A DNA stretch of 64,000 bases from an uncultured bacterium (GTDB lineage: Bacteria; Babelota; Babeliae; Babelales; Vermiphilaceae), in the NCBI GenBank assembly GCA_963695335.1, contig OY968764.1, positions 384,001 to 448,000 on the forward strand, written 5' to 3'. The notes beneath the pieces are model-generated. The model did not search any database and was not told the DNA's origin. It saw only the letters and a program-made list of their open reading frames with translations. Of the stretch, positions 1 through 9,284 are shown in pieces (the first letter of the stretch is position 1; the number at the start of each line of letters is the position of its first letter). Made by a program: the position numbers and the translations under genes.

Positions 1-2
1 AA

Positions 3-98
3 CGTACTATATCTTTACCATGCGCTGTTAATGAAGCAAAAGTAGCTACTGAACTGTCTGAAGGTGTTTTAACAATTACAATGCCAAAAGCAAAGTAA
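3..98 (+). CDS. 3' end of an Hsp20/alpha-crystallin-like protein (partial)
   Basis: Reads RTISLPCAVNEAKVATELSEGVLTITMPKAK*, a typical Hsp20 C-terminus (GVLTITxPK); similar to the end of the next ORF. Confidence 0.75.
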   Translation, partial: RTISLPCAVNEAKVATELSEGVLTITMPKAK

Positions 99-124
99 AA
101 AAAGCTTAAAAAAAGGAAAAGATA

Positions 125-685
125 ATGAAAAAGATAATAACATTGGTAATGCTGTTTACTTTATCAATATGCGCCATAGTTGATGCTAAAGTTGTGAATC
201 GACAACCACAAACCGTAACAACACAAGATATTGAAGAAACAGAGGAGATAGAGACATCAACTCAGCCACAAAGAATGAGACTGTTACCGGGAGCCCAAAG
301 AAGAACAGAAAGAAGAATGGAGCGTCGCAAAGGTGGGCAGCCGCAATGCCGTGGCGGTAATTGCGTTAGTATACAATCTTCATCGTCAAAATCGCACATA
401 ATATCTCATAATGGCGGTGGTGTATCTGTGAATATAACCAGTCCTGAGGTTTCTGAAACAAAAGATAAGGTTATAGTAACCATGCACATTGGTGGTCTTG
501 CTGCTGGAGATATTATGGCAGAAGTTGATGGAAATAATATTTATATTACTGGTGAGTATAACCGTTCAGGAACTCAAGTATCTATTAATGACTCTGCTTC
601 ATTGCCATGTGCGGTTGATGCAAAAAGAATGACTAAAAAAGTAACGAATAGTGTTTTGACTATCACATTGCCGAAAATGAAATAA
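125..685 (+). CDS. Signal-peptide protein with C-terminal Hsp20-like domain
   Basis: MKKIITLVMLF..VDA leader; IYITGE...SLPCAVD...SVLTITLPK. Confidence 0.7.
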   Translation: MKKIITLVMLFTLSICAIVDAKVVNRQPQTVTTQDIEETEEIETSTQPQRMRLLPGAQRRTERRMERRKGGQPQCRGGNCVSIQSSSSKSHIISHNGGGVSVNITSPEVSETKDKVIVTMHIGGLAAGDIMAEVDGNNIYITGEYNRSGTQVSINDSASLPCAVDAKRMTKKVTNSVLTITLPKMK

Positions 686-715
686 TAATCGTTTTTTAAA
701 AAAAGGAGTGTTTTT

Positions 716-1006
716 ATGAAAAGCATAAAAAATTTACTTGTTATGGGTGTAATTTTAGTAATCGCATTTGCATCAGTTCAAATGTCTGCAATGGAAGAAG
801 GTCGACGAGTAAATCCTAAACTTAGCGCAGCGAATAGAGAATTGCTTGAGATGCGTATTAAGAATATGGAAAAAACTATCAAGTCATCAAATCAGTTTAC
901 TCTTGAGGAAAAAGCAGATGAGATAAAGAGGCTTGAAAACGCCAAACATATGTATTATGGAAACTATCCTTATAGTAGGTTCGATATATTGCGTACCGAT
1001 TTATAA
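716..1006 (+). CDS. Small secreted protein, MKSxKNLL family (copy 1)
   Basis: Signal peptide, VNPxLS and YYGNxPY motifs shared with other copies; AAGGAG RBS. Confidence 0.8.
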   Translation: MKSIKNLLVMGVILVIAFASVQMSAMEEGRRVNPKLSAANRELLEMRIKNMEKTIKSSNQFTLEEKADEIKRLENAKHMYYGNYPYSRFDILRTDL

Positions 1007-1061
1007 GAATGCGATTGCAGTACCAAAATCAAGTAAAAAATATTGTTTAATATTTAAAAAA

Positions 1062-1092
1062 GTGCTCTGGGGCAATCCCGGGGCGTTTTTTT
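1062..1092 (+). terminator. Intrinsic terminator
   Basis: Imperfect GC hairpin with GCAA loop followed by T-run. Confidence 0.6.
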
Positions 1093-1180
1093 GTGTAAAC
1101 TCTTGTTTTTTAGGCTTTTTCTCTTGTATTATAAATTCAGACAGGAATAATTGTAGTTTTTAATAATTAAGGGGTGTTTT

Positions 1181-1468
1181 ATGAAAAGCATAAAAAATTT
1201 ACTTGTTATGAGTATAGCTTTAACAGTTATATTATGTACATCAGTGCAAACGATTGCGATGGTAAAAGAAGAGAATAAGCTTTTAAGTACAGCACAGAAA
1301 GAACAACTTAGGGATGCTCTTATATCGAAAGACGAGTTCTTAAGTTCAAGAAAAAGAAATCCAGTAATGGCGAAAAAAGTAGAAGCGCAAAAGAAAGCAA
1401 TAGAAAAAATACTTTATGGTGATCAACTTTATGATAAAGATGACATATTTGTTGCGATATATTTATAA
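1181..1468 (+). CDS. Small secreted protein, MKSxKNLL family (copy 2)
   Basis: Same leader; ILYGDQLY...AIY C-terminus. Confidence 0.8.
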   Translation: MKSIKNLLVMSIALTVILCTSVQTIAMVKEENKLLSTAQKEQLRDALISKDEFLSSRKRNPVMAKKVEAQKKAIEKILYGDQLYDKDDIFVAIYL

Positions 1469-1489
1469 TTTATAGCAAAAATAAATAAA

Positions 1490-1525
1490 AAAAGCGCTTT
1501 GAGTCAATCTCGAAGCGTTTTTTTT
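1490..1525. terminator. Intrinsic terminator
   Basis: aaaagcgctttgag-tcaat-ctcgaagcgtttttt hairpin with A/T flanks. Confidence 0.6.
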
Positions 1526-1612
1526 ATTTTAATTATTGCTATCTGTCTTTTGGTTTTTATAAAATAATATCAGACAGTAAATTTATTGATTGTTTAAAAA
1601 GGGGAGAGGGTA

Positions 1613-2881
1613 ATGGAGCGTTCAATAAAAAATTGGTTAAAGTATAGCCTGATAAGGCTATGTGTAATGTTGTTGATAGGTTTTGGAGTGGTTGAAGCTA
1701 AGCAGATGCAATCAGGAACAGCAAGATCAGTTGTAGGGATTCCTCAGGTAGCACCAAAACCTTCTGTAACTGTTCCAACGGTGCCAAAAGTGCCACAAGT
1801 TGCTCCAACAGTTTCGCAACAACAAAGAAAACAGGATAGATTTACACAGACGGAAGCTTTTTTGCAACTTACACGAGAGATAGATTTACTCAAAGATGAA
1901 TCAAGTTCTCGATATATCCCTTATCTTAATATTATTTCTGATTGCTTAGTAAAAGAACAAGAACTAAAAAATAGTCATTATGCATTTTATCATACTACTG
2001 ATAATGCATGGCGTCTTGCGCAAGATGTATATACACAGTTGTTTACTCGACAAAATGCATTAGGAAAAACAGTAGGGAAAAATTTTACCTTTTTAAGATT
2101 TGATGATTATCCAACGCAAAATGCAAAAGAGTTTTTGGTTGGTGAATTAAAGAAAAGTGGACTTATTAATGATACGGGAGAGTTGGCTGCAATTCTTTTA
2201 TCGGTAAACGTATCACTTTTTGGTAATACAGGTAGACCTACTTCATGTACATGGGATTATTTTTTAAAAGACATAGGGCATAGTCTTCCTGACCGTAAGG
2301 TGTACGAAAAAATGATGACTGATTTTGGATTAACTCATAAATATATTGATGAGCTGTTGGGGCTTGTAAAGTTGTATGATACAAAAGAAAATACTTTATT
2401 ACAGATATTTGTTCCTCAGAATAGAATTGATGACATTGGTTATTTGTCATGGTCAAAAGGTGTACCTTTACATGAAGGGTCTATTGATTGGATAAAGAAA
2501 TATATGAGAAAAAAATCATGGACGCATAAAGAAGGTAAACATGTTGCTGAGTGGGCGATGGAAGATTTGGCAAAACAGTTTAAAAAAGAGCAAGAAAGCA
2601 ACCCCTTATTTAAAGATCTTATAGAAAGTGTTCAAGCAGGTGATTTTAGTGTTGATGAGTATTTAAAGATTTATCGTAATAAGCCATGGGAATTACCAAC
2701 TATTAATAATGATCAGGTTCGTCTTATTTTTTCAGCAGATGGTTTATTGAATCCAGCATCAGACGTGCAATTTTATCGCCATTCAACAGCTTCAAAAGAT
2801 CGATTAAAAAAATATTATCAACGATTAAATGAGGTTATTGATAAAATAATCGCTGAAACAGAGGGGGAAGATAATGTGTAA
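1613..2881 (+). CDS. Secreted paralogue 1 of the FYH/LFGN/QxRL family (possible ADP-ribosyltransferase fold)
   Basis: Signal peptide, P/V-rich linker; YAFYHTT, LLSVNVSLFGN, LLQIFVP, QVRL shared with 2874 and 5956. Confidence 0.8.
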   Translation: MERSIKNWLKYSLIRLCVMLLIGFGVVEAKQMQSGTARSVVGIPQVAPKPSVTVPTVPKVPQVAPTVSQQQRKQDRFTQTEAFLQLTREIDLLKDESSSRYIPYLNIISDCLVKEQELKNSHYAFYHTTDNAWRLAQDVYTQLFTRQNALGKTVGKNFTFLRFDDYPTQNAKEFLVGELKKSGLINDTGELAAILLSVNVSLFGNTGRPTSCTWDYFLKDIGHSLPDRKVYEKMMTDFGLTHKYIDELLGLVKLYDTKENTLLQIFVPQNRIDDIGYLSWSKGVPLHEGSIDWIKKYMRKKSWTHKEGKHVAEWAMEDLAKQFKKEQESNPLFKDLIESVQAGDFSVDEYLKIYRNKPWELPTINNDQVRLIFSADGLLNPASDVQFYRHSTASKDRLKKYYQRLNEVIDKIIAETEGEDNV

Positions 2882-4241
2882 GTTAAATAAAAAGATGATA
2901 ATTTATAGAACTTTATTTGTTGTTTTTTCATTTGTTGCCATACAAACATTGCCAAAACAACTTAAAAATCCTGTTGTACAAAGAGCATTAGAGCAAGAGC
3001 GGGAAACAGTAGCTCAAAAATCAGGAGTTCAAGAAGTAAATTTGGGTGAACTTCAATCTCAAGTAAGTTCTGATTTATATACGCAAACACAAGCTCATTT
3101 ACAGTTGAATAAAGTAAGAGAACTTATTCAAGAGAAATATAAAAATGATGTGGTACCTTATTTTGATGTTATATCTCGAGTTATTACCAAAGAAGTGGAG
3201 TTTAAAAATAGTCATTGGGCATTTTATCATGGCACTTCTCAAAAATGGATGGTTTGGCAAGATGTTCTAACAAAGTTAACCAATCATTTTAAGCCATCAA
3301 ATGCAAAGGAAGGGCAATTTGTGTTTTTGAGAACTAAGGCACCTGAGGGCTTAAGTCACATTAAAGCAAAAGAGTTTTTGGTAAAAGAGTTAAGAGCGCA
3401 TGGCCTTATTGATGATCAAAATGAAGATCAAGGAATGCTATTGTCAACAAACTTAGCATTGTTTGGAAATGTTGGGTTTTTAAATGAAGCAACTTGGTCA
3501 TATTTTATACAAGAGCAGTCACATGCTGTATTGGATAGATCATTTTATGAATCCATAATGAATGAGTTTGGATTGTCTCATACATATATTGATGAGCTTA
3601 TGGGGCTGGTAAATATGCTACCTTCAAAACATGAGTCTTTGTTGCAGATTTTTATTCCTAAAAACATTGTAGATGACGTTGCATATTTAGCGTGGGTTAC
3701 TGGTATTCCTGCTCATGATGAAGTTATTGATTGGGTTCGTACCAATGTAAAGAAGAAAAAATATAAAGCTGAACCAGGTAAATCACCAAATATGATGGCA
3801 TTGGCTTCATTAAAAGGCAGATTTAAAAAAGAACAAGAAAATAATCCTTTATTTAAAGAAATGCTTGAAGCAATTGAAAAGGGTGATTACAGTATCAACG
3901 CTTATTTGAAAATTTATTGTAATAAACCAGAAGAGTTGCATGGTGCTAATTATGCTCAAGCGCGTCTTCTTTTAACCGATGATATTTTATTAAACCCAAG
4001 GTCTGGAGTTCTGATATTTAGACATACAGATGTTGATCATAGATCAATGGAAAAGTATGAAGAGCGTTTAGATCAGATTATACAGAAGATTCTTGCTGAA
4101 AACAGAGAAAAAATGATTCCATCTTTGCCTCAACCAAGAGCTAATATAAATCCAGCTCCTGTGGTTAAACCAGTTACACCAACAACAATGCCTCAACCAC
4201 GACAACCTGGGCAGAGACCGTTAAAGCCAATAATACGATAA
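2874..4241 (+). CDS. Secreted paralogue 2 of the same family
   Basis: WAFYHGTS, LLSTNLALFGN, LLQIFIP, QARL; Pro-rich tail; overlaps the upstream stop. Confidence 0.8.
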   Translation: MCKLNKKMIIYRTLFVVFSFVAIQTLPKQLKNPVVQRALEQERETVAQKSGVQEVNLGELQSQVSSDLYTQTQAHLQLNKVRELIQEKYKNDVVPYFDVISRVITKEVEFKNSHWAFYHGTSQKWMVWQDVLTKLTNHFKPSNAKEGQFVFLRTKAPEGLSHIKAKEFLVKELRAHGLIDDQNEDQGMLLSTNLALFGNVGFLNEATWSYFIQEQSHAVLDRSFYESIMNEFGLSHTYIDELMGLVNMLPSKHESLLQIFIPKNIVDDVAYLAWVTGIPAHDEVIDWVRTNVKKKKYKAEPGKSPNMMALASLKGRFKKEQENNPLFKEMLEAIEKGDYSINAYLKIYCNKPEELHGANYAQARLLLTDDILLNPRSGVLIFRHTDVDHRSMEKYEERLDQIIQKILAENREKMIPSLPQPRANINPAPVVKPVTPTTMPQPRQPGQRPLKPIIR

Positions 4242-4257
4242 ACAAACTTTGCTTTTT

Positions 4258-4289
4258 AAGAAGGACCTGAAGTTATTCAGGTCCTTCTT
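4258..4289. terminator. Bidirectional terminator
   Basis: aagaaggacctgaa/ttcaggtccttctt perfect inverted repeat between convergent genes. Confidence 0.7.
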
Positions 4290-4296
4290 GATTGGA

Positions 4297-5799
4297 TTAT
4301 TTGTTTAATGTTTTTTCAATGTTGTCAAATATTGGGTTAATGTGTTTAGTGACGATTTCTTTTATATAACCAGGATCAAAGTTTAAAGGATCAGCCTTAA
4401 TATTTGTTGTAAATATTTCTTTTAAATCATGTAATAGCTGTTTTCTATCTTGAGCCGGAAAGACCGAGATATACCCTTTAATAAATGGTGTAAGCGTTAT
4501 ATTAAGATAAGTTCCTGGTTTTACTCCTTTAATGATTTCTTTAAATTGATAGATTGTGTCATTGCTTGAGAATGGTGGGAATATAAGACGCATAAAATCA
4601 ATTTTTGGAACTTTTAATTGATTAAAGCAACGTACCATTGTTTCATTATCAATAAAGGTAAAGTGTCCGGTTTGTTCATCATAGAAAATGTTATGAACAT
4701 GTAAGTCTCCGTGCGCTACAGTTGTACCAAGAACTTTACCTGGTATTGGCTTCATAAAGCGTTTATGAAAATTACCAAGCTCAACCCCGAGGATATGGTA
4801 TGCTTTTTTGATTCTTTCAGCATTTTCTCTTGATTGGTTATCGCGAAATTCATTAAGGAGATCAAATAAGACAGCTCCTTTTGCTGCAGGCATGGTTGCA
4901 ATATAATGAACGTTCTGATGATGTGGATGATAAGAGAAATAGAAGAATGGTAGTGATATGGTTGGAAAATCTTTCACTACATTTGGCGCAATAAGATCTT
5001 GCATGCCAGGAAATTCTTCTATTTTTTTAAGATTAGTTGATTCGGTAAGGCCTTTTCGCGATTCTTTAACAATGTATAGAAGAGGTTGTGTTGAAGGTGT
5101 ACATGTTGAACTTACTAAAAAAAGTTGTACAGTGTTATATCCGCTTCCAGACCCAAGAGATTTAACATTAAGACACTGTTTGCTATAAAAATCTTTATTT
5201 TTTAGTTTACCTTCATTGTATGCTTCTGCTAGTATACTTGCCAATCCACCTTCAGTTAGGTTGCCATTAGATCTGAGCAGTGCAGGATTGACTCCCATTT
5301 TATGTACAACAGTAGTGTTGCTGTATAGCGTATCAAGAAAATCATTTGAAGACATATTTTGTGCATTGTATTTTCTTTTGACATTTGCGATAGATGTTGG
5401 AGAACATTGTTTTAATTTGTTGGTGCAATGATCAATAATTTGGTCTGCTGTTTGCTCTTCTCCAAATCGCCCTTCACCATATGTTAAACAACATTGGCAA
5501 GCTTCATCTGGATTATTGTTCCAATTATGTGTATTGCAATCATGCTGATTGTTAATAATTTTGACTGTTTTATTAATATCTAATATTTCAGGATCATTTT
5601 TTGTGTGACCTGTGCTTATTTTAGGATTTTGTATTGCTGGTTGAGATTGTACAGGTTGCACTGGTTGGATTGGATTAATTGGACGTATTCTTGTTGGAGT
5701 ATTTGTTGGTTTAGTGATTTGTTTACCAATTATAGGATTAGTAAGTGCCAACATTGCTGCGCATAGTTTAAGATAATGAGATTTGAGAATGTTTTTCAT
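4297..5799 (-). CDS. Secreted protein-kinase-like (PKL/APH-fold) protein
   Basis: LGSGSG loop, IVKE lysine, HGDLHVHNI catalytic loop, FIDNE metal site; signal peptide and Cys-rich N-domain. Confidence 0.8.
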   Translation of the reverse strand: MKNILKSHYLKLCAAMLALTNPIIGKQITKPTNTPTRIRPINPIQPVQPVQSQPAIQNPKISTGHTKNDPEILDINKTVKIINNQHDCNTHNWNNNPDEACQCCLTYGEGRFGEEQTADQIIDHCTNKLKQCSPTSIANVKRKYNAQNMSSNDFLDTLYSNTTVVHKMGVNPALLRSNGNLTEGGLASILAEAYNEGKLKNKDFYSKQCLNVKSLGSGSGYNTVQLFLVSSTCTPSTQPLLYIVKESRKGLTESTNLKKIEEFPGMQDLIAPNVVKDFPTISLPFFYFSYHPHHQNVHYIATMPAAKGAVLFDLLNEFRDNQSRENAERIKKAYHILGVELGNFHKRFMKPIPGKVLGTTVAHGDLHVHNIFYDEQTGHFTFIDNETMVRCFNQLKVPKIDFMRLIFPPFSSNDTIYQFKEIIKGVKPGTYLNITLTPFIKGYISVFPAQDRKQLLHDLKEIFTTNIKADPLNFDPGYIKEIVTKHINPIFDNIEKTLNK

Positions 5800-5955
5800 C
5801 AGAGCCCCTTTTTTTGAAAATGTGAATGATATTTGTTTTTTATTTTAATTGGAATTTGATTTCTATCACAAGGATATTTGTGATATTGCTTTTTGATTTG
5901 AATTTCAATTAGGATAGAAAGGAACGGATTGCATAAAAAGTGAGAGGATTAAAAG

Positions 5956-7305
5956 ATGAAGATAAATAAGCAGATTTTATATAAAAAAATAGCGCTTGTT
6001 GGAATCATTTTATCTTTTTTATCTATTGTTGAAACTGCTGTCTCAAAAACCGTATCTTCTAAAATTGCATCCGTAGTAACACCCTACTCCCCTGAAGCTT
6101 CGAAGGGCAAGCAACCAGTTGTTCCTGTTATTAAAGAAAACGTCATACAAGAAATTACCCACAAAAATGTTGTAGAAAAAACTTCTCAGAAATTTAATGG
6201 TAAATTATCACTTGAACAAATTCATACATTATCGCAGGGGCAAGATAGAGGTGAGATCACTCGATCATTAAAAATTACTCCAGTCACACAGATACAATCT
6301 GACAAATTTACCCAATCACAAGCGCATATGTCATTACCAGAAATAAAAAAATTGATTGATGCAAAATATAACATAAAACCATATCAAAAGATGATTGATG
6401 CAATTATAGGCCGGGAAGTTGAATTTAAAGATGGGTATTATGTTTTTTATCATGGCATGGATAATGAATGGCGTGTTCCCCAAGATTTATATACGCGGTT
6501 GTATGTCCATTTTAAAAAGTTGCCAGAAAATATTTTGCAGAACTTTATATTTTTACGATTTGGACTGCTATCTGCTCCCTCTAGTGTTCAAAGTTTTTTG
6601 GTGAGCAAACTGAAAGAAAATGGACTTATTAATGATCATGAATTGGGTGAATTTTTATATGCAGCTAATTTAGCATTATTTGGTAATGTGGGAACTGATC
6701 CTGAATGTACGTGGCAATATTTTATAAAGTCACGTGGGCACACATTTCCTGATCGTAAAACATATGAAAAAATTTTAGGTATATTTGGGTTGCCTTACAC
6801 TTATATTGATCAATTAATGGCATTAACTAAGTTATATCAAACAAAAGAACAGACAATTATTCAGATATTTGTGCCAAAAGATCGCGTTGATGAAATTGGT
6901 TATTTAGCATGGATTAGGGGTAATCCTGCGCACAAAAAAACTATAGATATGGTGTTGCGGAGTGTGAAAGATAAAAAATTTGAAAAATCTTCATTCGCTC
7001 TGGATTATTATACGGCACTGTTTAAACGGGAGCAGGAGAAAAACCCAATATTTAGTAATTTATTGCAACGAGTACAAGCTGGTGATTTTAGTTTAAGTTA
7101 TTTCTTGAAGTTTTACCGTAATTATCCTGAATTAATTGAGGATATTAATAGATATCAAGCGCGTCTTATTTTTACACCTGAAGTGTTGTTGAATCCGTTA
7201 TCTGGGGTGAAAATATTTAGGTATTCAATAGCAACTGCTCAGCAGTTGCAAGAATACCATAAGAAATTTGATGAAATATTTAAGAAAATTATTACGGCTA
7301 TTTAA
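5956..7305 (+). CDS. Secreted paralogue 3 of the FYH/LFGN/QxRL family
   Basis: YVFYHGM, AANLALFGN, IIQIFVP, QARL. Confidence 0.8.
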   Translation: MKINKQILYKKIALVGIILSFLSIVETAVSKTVSSKIASVVTPYSPEASKGKQPVVPVIKENVIQEITHKNVVEKTSQKFNGKLSLEQIHTLSQGQDRGEITRSLKITPVTQIQSDKFTQSQAHMSLPEIKKLIDAKYNIKPYQKMIDAIIGREVEFKDGYYVFYHGMDNEWRVPQDLYTRLYVHFKKLPENILQNFIFLRFGLLSAPSSVQSFLVSKLKENGLINDHELGEFLYAANLALFGNVGTDPECTWQYFIKSRGHTFPDRKTYEKILGIFGLPYTYIDQLMALTKLYQTKEQTIIQIFVPKDRVDEIGYLAWIRGNPAHKKTIDMVLRSVKDKKFEKSSFALDYYTALFKREQEKNPIFSNLLQRVQAGDFSLSYFLKFYRNYPELIEDINRYQARLIFTPEVLLNPLSGVKIFRYSIATAQQLQEYHKKFDEIFKKIITAI

Positions 7306-7426
7306 CAGCAACGGCGATATGTTTTTTCTTTATAAATTCTCAGAAAACCATTGACTATTTGTATTGGATTTTAATAGTCTGAAATATGAAAGTATATAAG
7401 TTTCTATAAAAAGGGGGAGTCGAATA

Positions 7427-8131
7427 ATGAAGATAAGCAAGAATAATGTGTTTATTGTGGGATTGTTAATAGTTGCTGGAAGCATGAATGCAATGGAAGT
7501 GTTTCCTTTCAGTAGCTTACCATATGATTTGCAAAAAGATATCAGGGTTGTGATACTTAAGAATGAAATAAACAATTTGCCAAAAACAGTTGATTCAGTT
7601 GTGATAATAGGAAAGAAAATTAATGACTTTTCTTTAGTAGATAAAGCTTTTAATCAAACGGTTAATGAACCAACATTCTGTCTTAAATTAATAAAAAACA
7701 TTGCGCGTGGTCTTGACCTTTCTGATACGAACGTAGCTGAAACTTTGAAAACAGCATGTGCTCAAAAACGTTTGAGACTTCAAAATCAATTAAAGGATTG
7801 TTTGTCTACAAAAAATGTTTCAATAAGTTTATTGAACAAGCTTTTGCAAGAAGGAGCTGATATAGAATGGACTTATGATGATGGTACATTGTTATGGATG
7901 GCAGTGCAGAATTATAATGAAAATGCACTTAAGGTTCTTGCTAGCCGTGCTAATGTAAATAGGCCTACAGGTAAGACGTTTCCTACTATATTGGATTATA
8001 TTGTAATGAATTTTGGTAAAGATTTAATTAAAATGTTCTTATCCGCGGGAGCTGATGTTAATAAGCTTGATCCTAATAATCGAAACAATGAAAAGCTTCA
8101 ACAAGCTTTAGCTGAAATGGGTAGAAGATAA
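7427..8131 (+). CDS. Secreted ankyrin-repeat protein with F-box-like N-terminus
   Basis: Signal ..NA|MEV; FSSLPYDLQKDI; LLQEGADI, TLLWMAV, LSAGADVN. Confidence 0.75.
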   Translation: MKISKNNVFIVGLLIVAGSMNAMEVFPFSSLPYDLQKDIRVVILKNEINNLPKTVDSVVIIGKKINDFSLVDKAFNQTVNEPTFCLKLIKNIARGLDLSDTNVAETLKTACAQKRLRLQNQLKDCLSTKNVSISLLNKLLQEGADIEWTYDDGTLLWMAVQNYNENALKVLASRANVNRPTGKTFPTILDYIVMNFGKDLIKMFLSAGADVNKLDPNNRNNEKLQQALAEMGRR

Positions 8132-8162
8132 AATTAGGTTGAACTATATACAAATAGTCCTT

Positions 8163-8633
8163 CTAGCAGCAATGCCGCTGGGGGGATTTTTTTTTATAGA
8201 TGCCGAGTGCTATTTCTTCTCTTTCTTCAATTTGTTGCAAGAACCTTTTGATGTAAAAAAGATGGCTATAAAATTGTGAAAAATCGGTTTGGAAATCAAT
8301 GTTGCCATTAAGCACGAGGACAGGAAGATGTTGGAGGGTTTCGGGATTGTTTTTGTTTTCGATAAATTGTTCATTTTTTTGCTGATAGACTTGTTCTATC
8401 TCTTCGAGTGTTAGATTCAATGAATGCATGCGCCTGAGTGCAATTTCTGGCATGACGCGCATATAAATAACCCCGTGTGGAGTATCATGTTCAGGGCTAC
8501 CATTGCACGCATGTGATGAATGAGTTGCAAGCCATTCTGGATAGAGCATTATATTGCAGGGAAGCGTTTCTTCATGCAATCGTGCTAAAAATGCAGATAT
8601 GTCTGAACCGATGGTTCCATCAAGAATAAGCAT
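8163..8633 (-). CDS. Degenerate deoxynucleoside-kinase-like protein
   Basis: LILDGTIGS (eroded P-loop), PHGVIYMRVMPEIALRRM, PVLVLNGN. Confidence 0.55.
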   Translation of the reverse strand: MLILDGTIGSDISAFLARLHEETLPCNIMLYPEWLATHSSHACNGSPEHDTPHGVIYMRVMPEIALRRMHSLNLTLEEIEQVYQQKNEQFIENKNNPETLQHLPVLVLNGNIDFQTDFSQFYSHLFYIKRFLQQIEEREEIALGIYKKKSPQRHCC

Positions 8634-8798
8634 GGTAACGCCCTTTAATTTACAAAAGTTTGTGTGCTTGTGAGATATGATACGTCTTATTATTTAATTA
8701 TCTGTTTTTTTACATAAATATCCAATTTTATTGCAATTATAATGATGTTTTCGTTATTTTAAGATTGATAATAAACCGTTTTTTAACAAGAAGGAGGT

Positions 8799-9224
8799 AT
8801 GATGAAAGTTTCTAAAGGGATGTTATTAATTGTTGCTTTATTTGCTATTGGATCAGTGCATCCAAGTGAAAAAAGAAGAAAATCAAGTTCAAAAGGGAAG
8901 GCGAGAGTAGCGACTTCAAAAGAAGCAGCAATGAAGAAATTTATAGAGGATGTTTGTATAGAGTATGGAGATGAAGCAATTTGTCGCAAAGGTTTTGTAA
9001 CAGATCGCAAAGGTCATGTAAAAGTGGTGAATTGTGCAGAGCTTGATGATATTGCAGAACAAATAGCACGTAAATATCCTCGTGATTATTACTCAACTCG
9101 TAAAATATTACATGGTCAAATAAGTAGACATTGGGATGCAGGAACTGCTGCCGATGTGCGAGCAATGCAAGAGTATGCAGATGCAAAACTTCGTGAATAT
9201 AGTATTGAATATTATAATAAATAA
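8799..9224 (+). CDS. Hypothetical secreted protein
   Basis: AGGAGGT RBS, signal peptide, basic stretch KRRKSSSKGK after it. Confidence 0.7.
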   Translation: MMKVSKGMLLIVALFAIGSVHPSEKRRKSSSKGKARVATSKEAAMKKFIEDVCIEYGDEAICRKGFVTDRKGHVKVVNCAELDDIAEQIARKYPRDYYSTRKILHGQISRHWDAGTAADVRAMQEYADAKLREYSIEYYNK

Positions 9225-9284
9225 TTTAATGCTCCTCCTATCATATTGCGATAGGGGGAATGTTATAGACTGTACCAATGCGTG

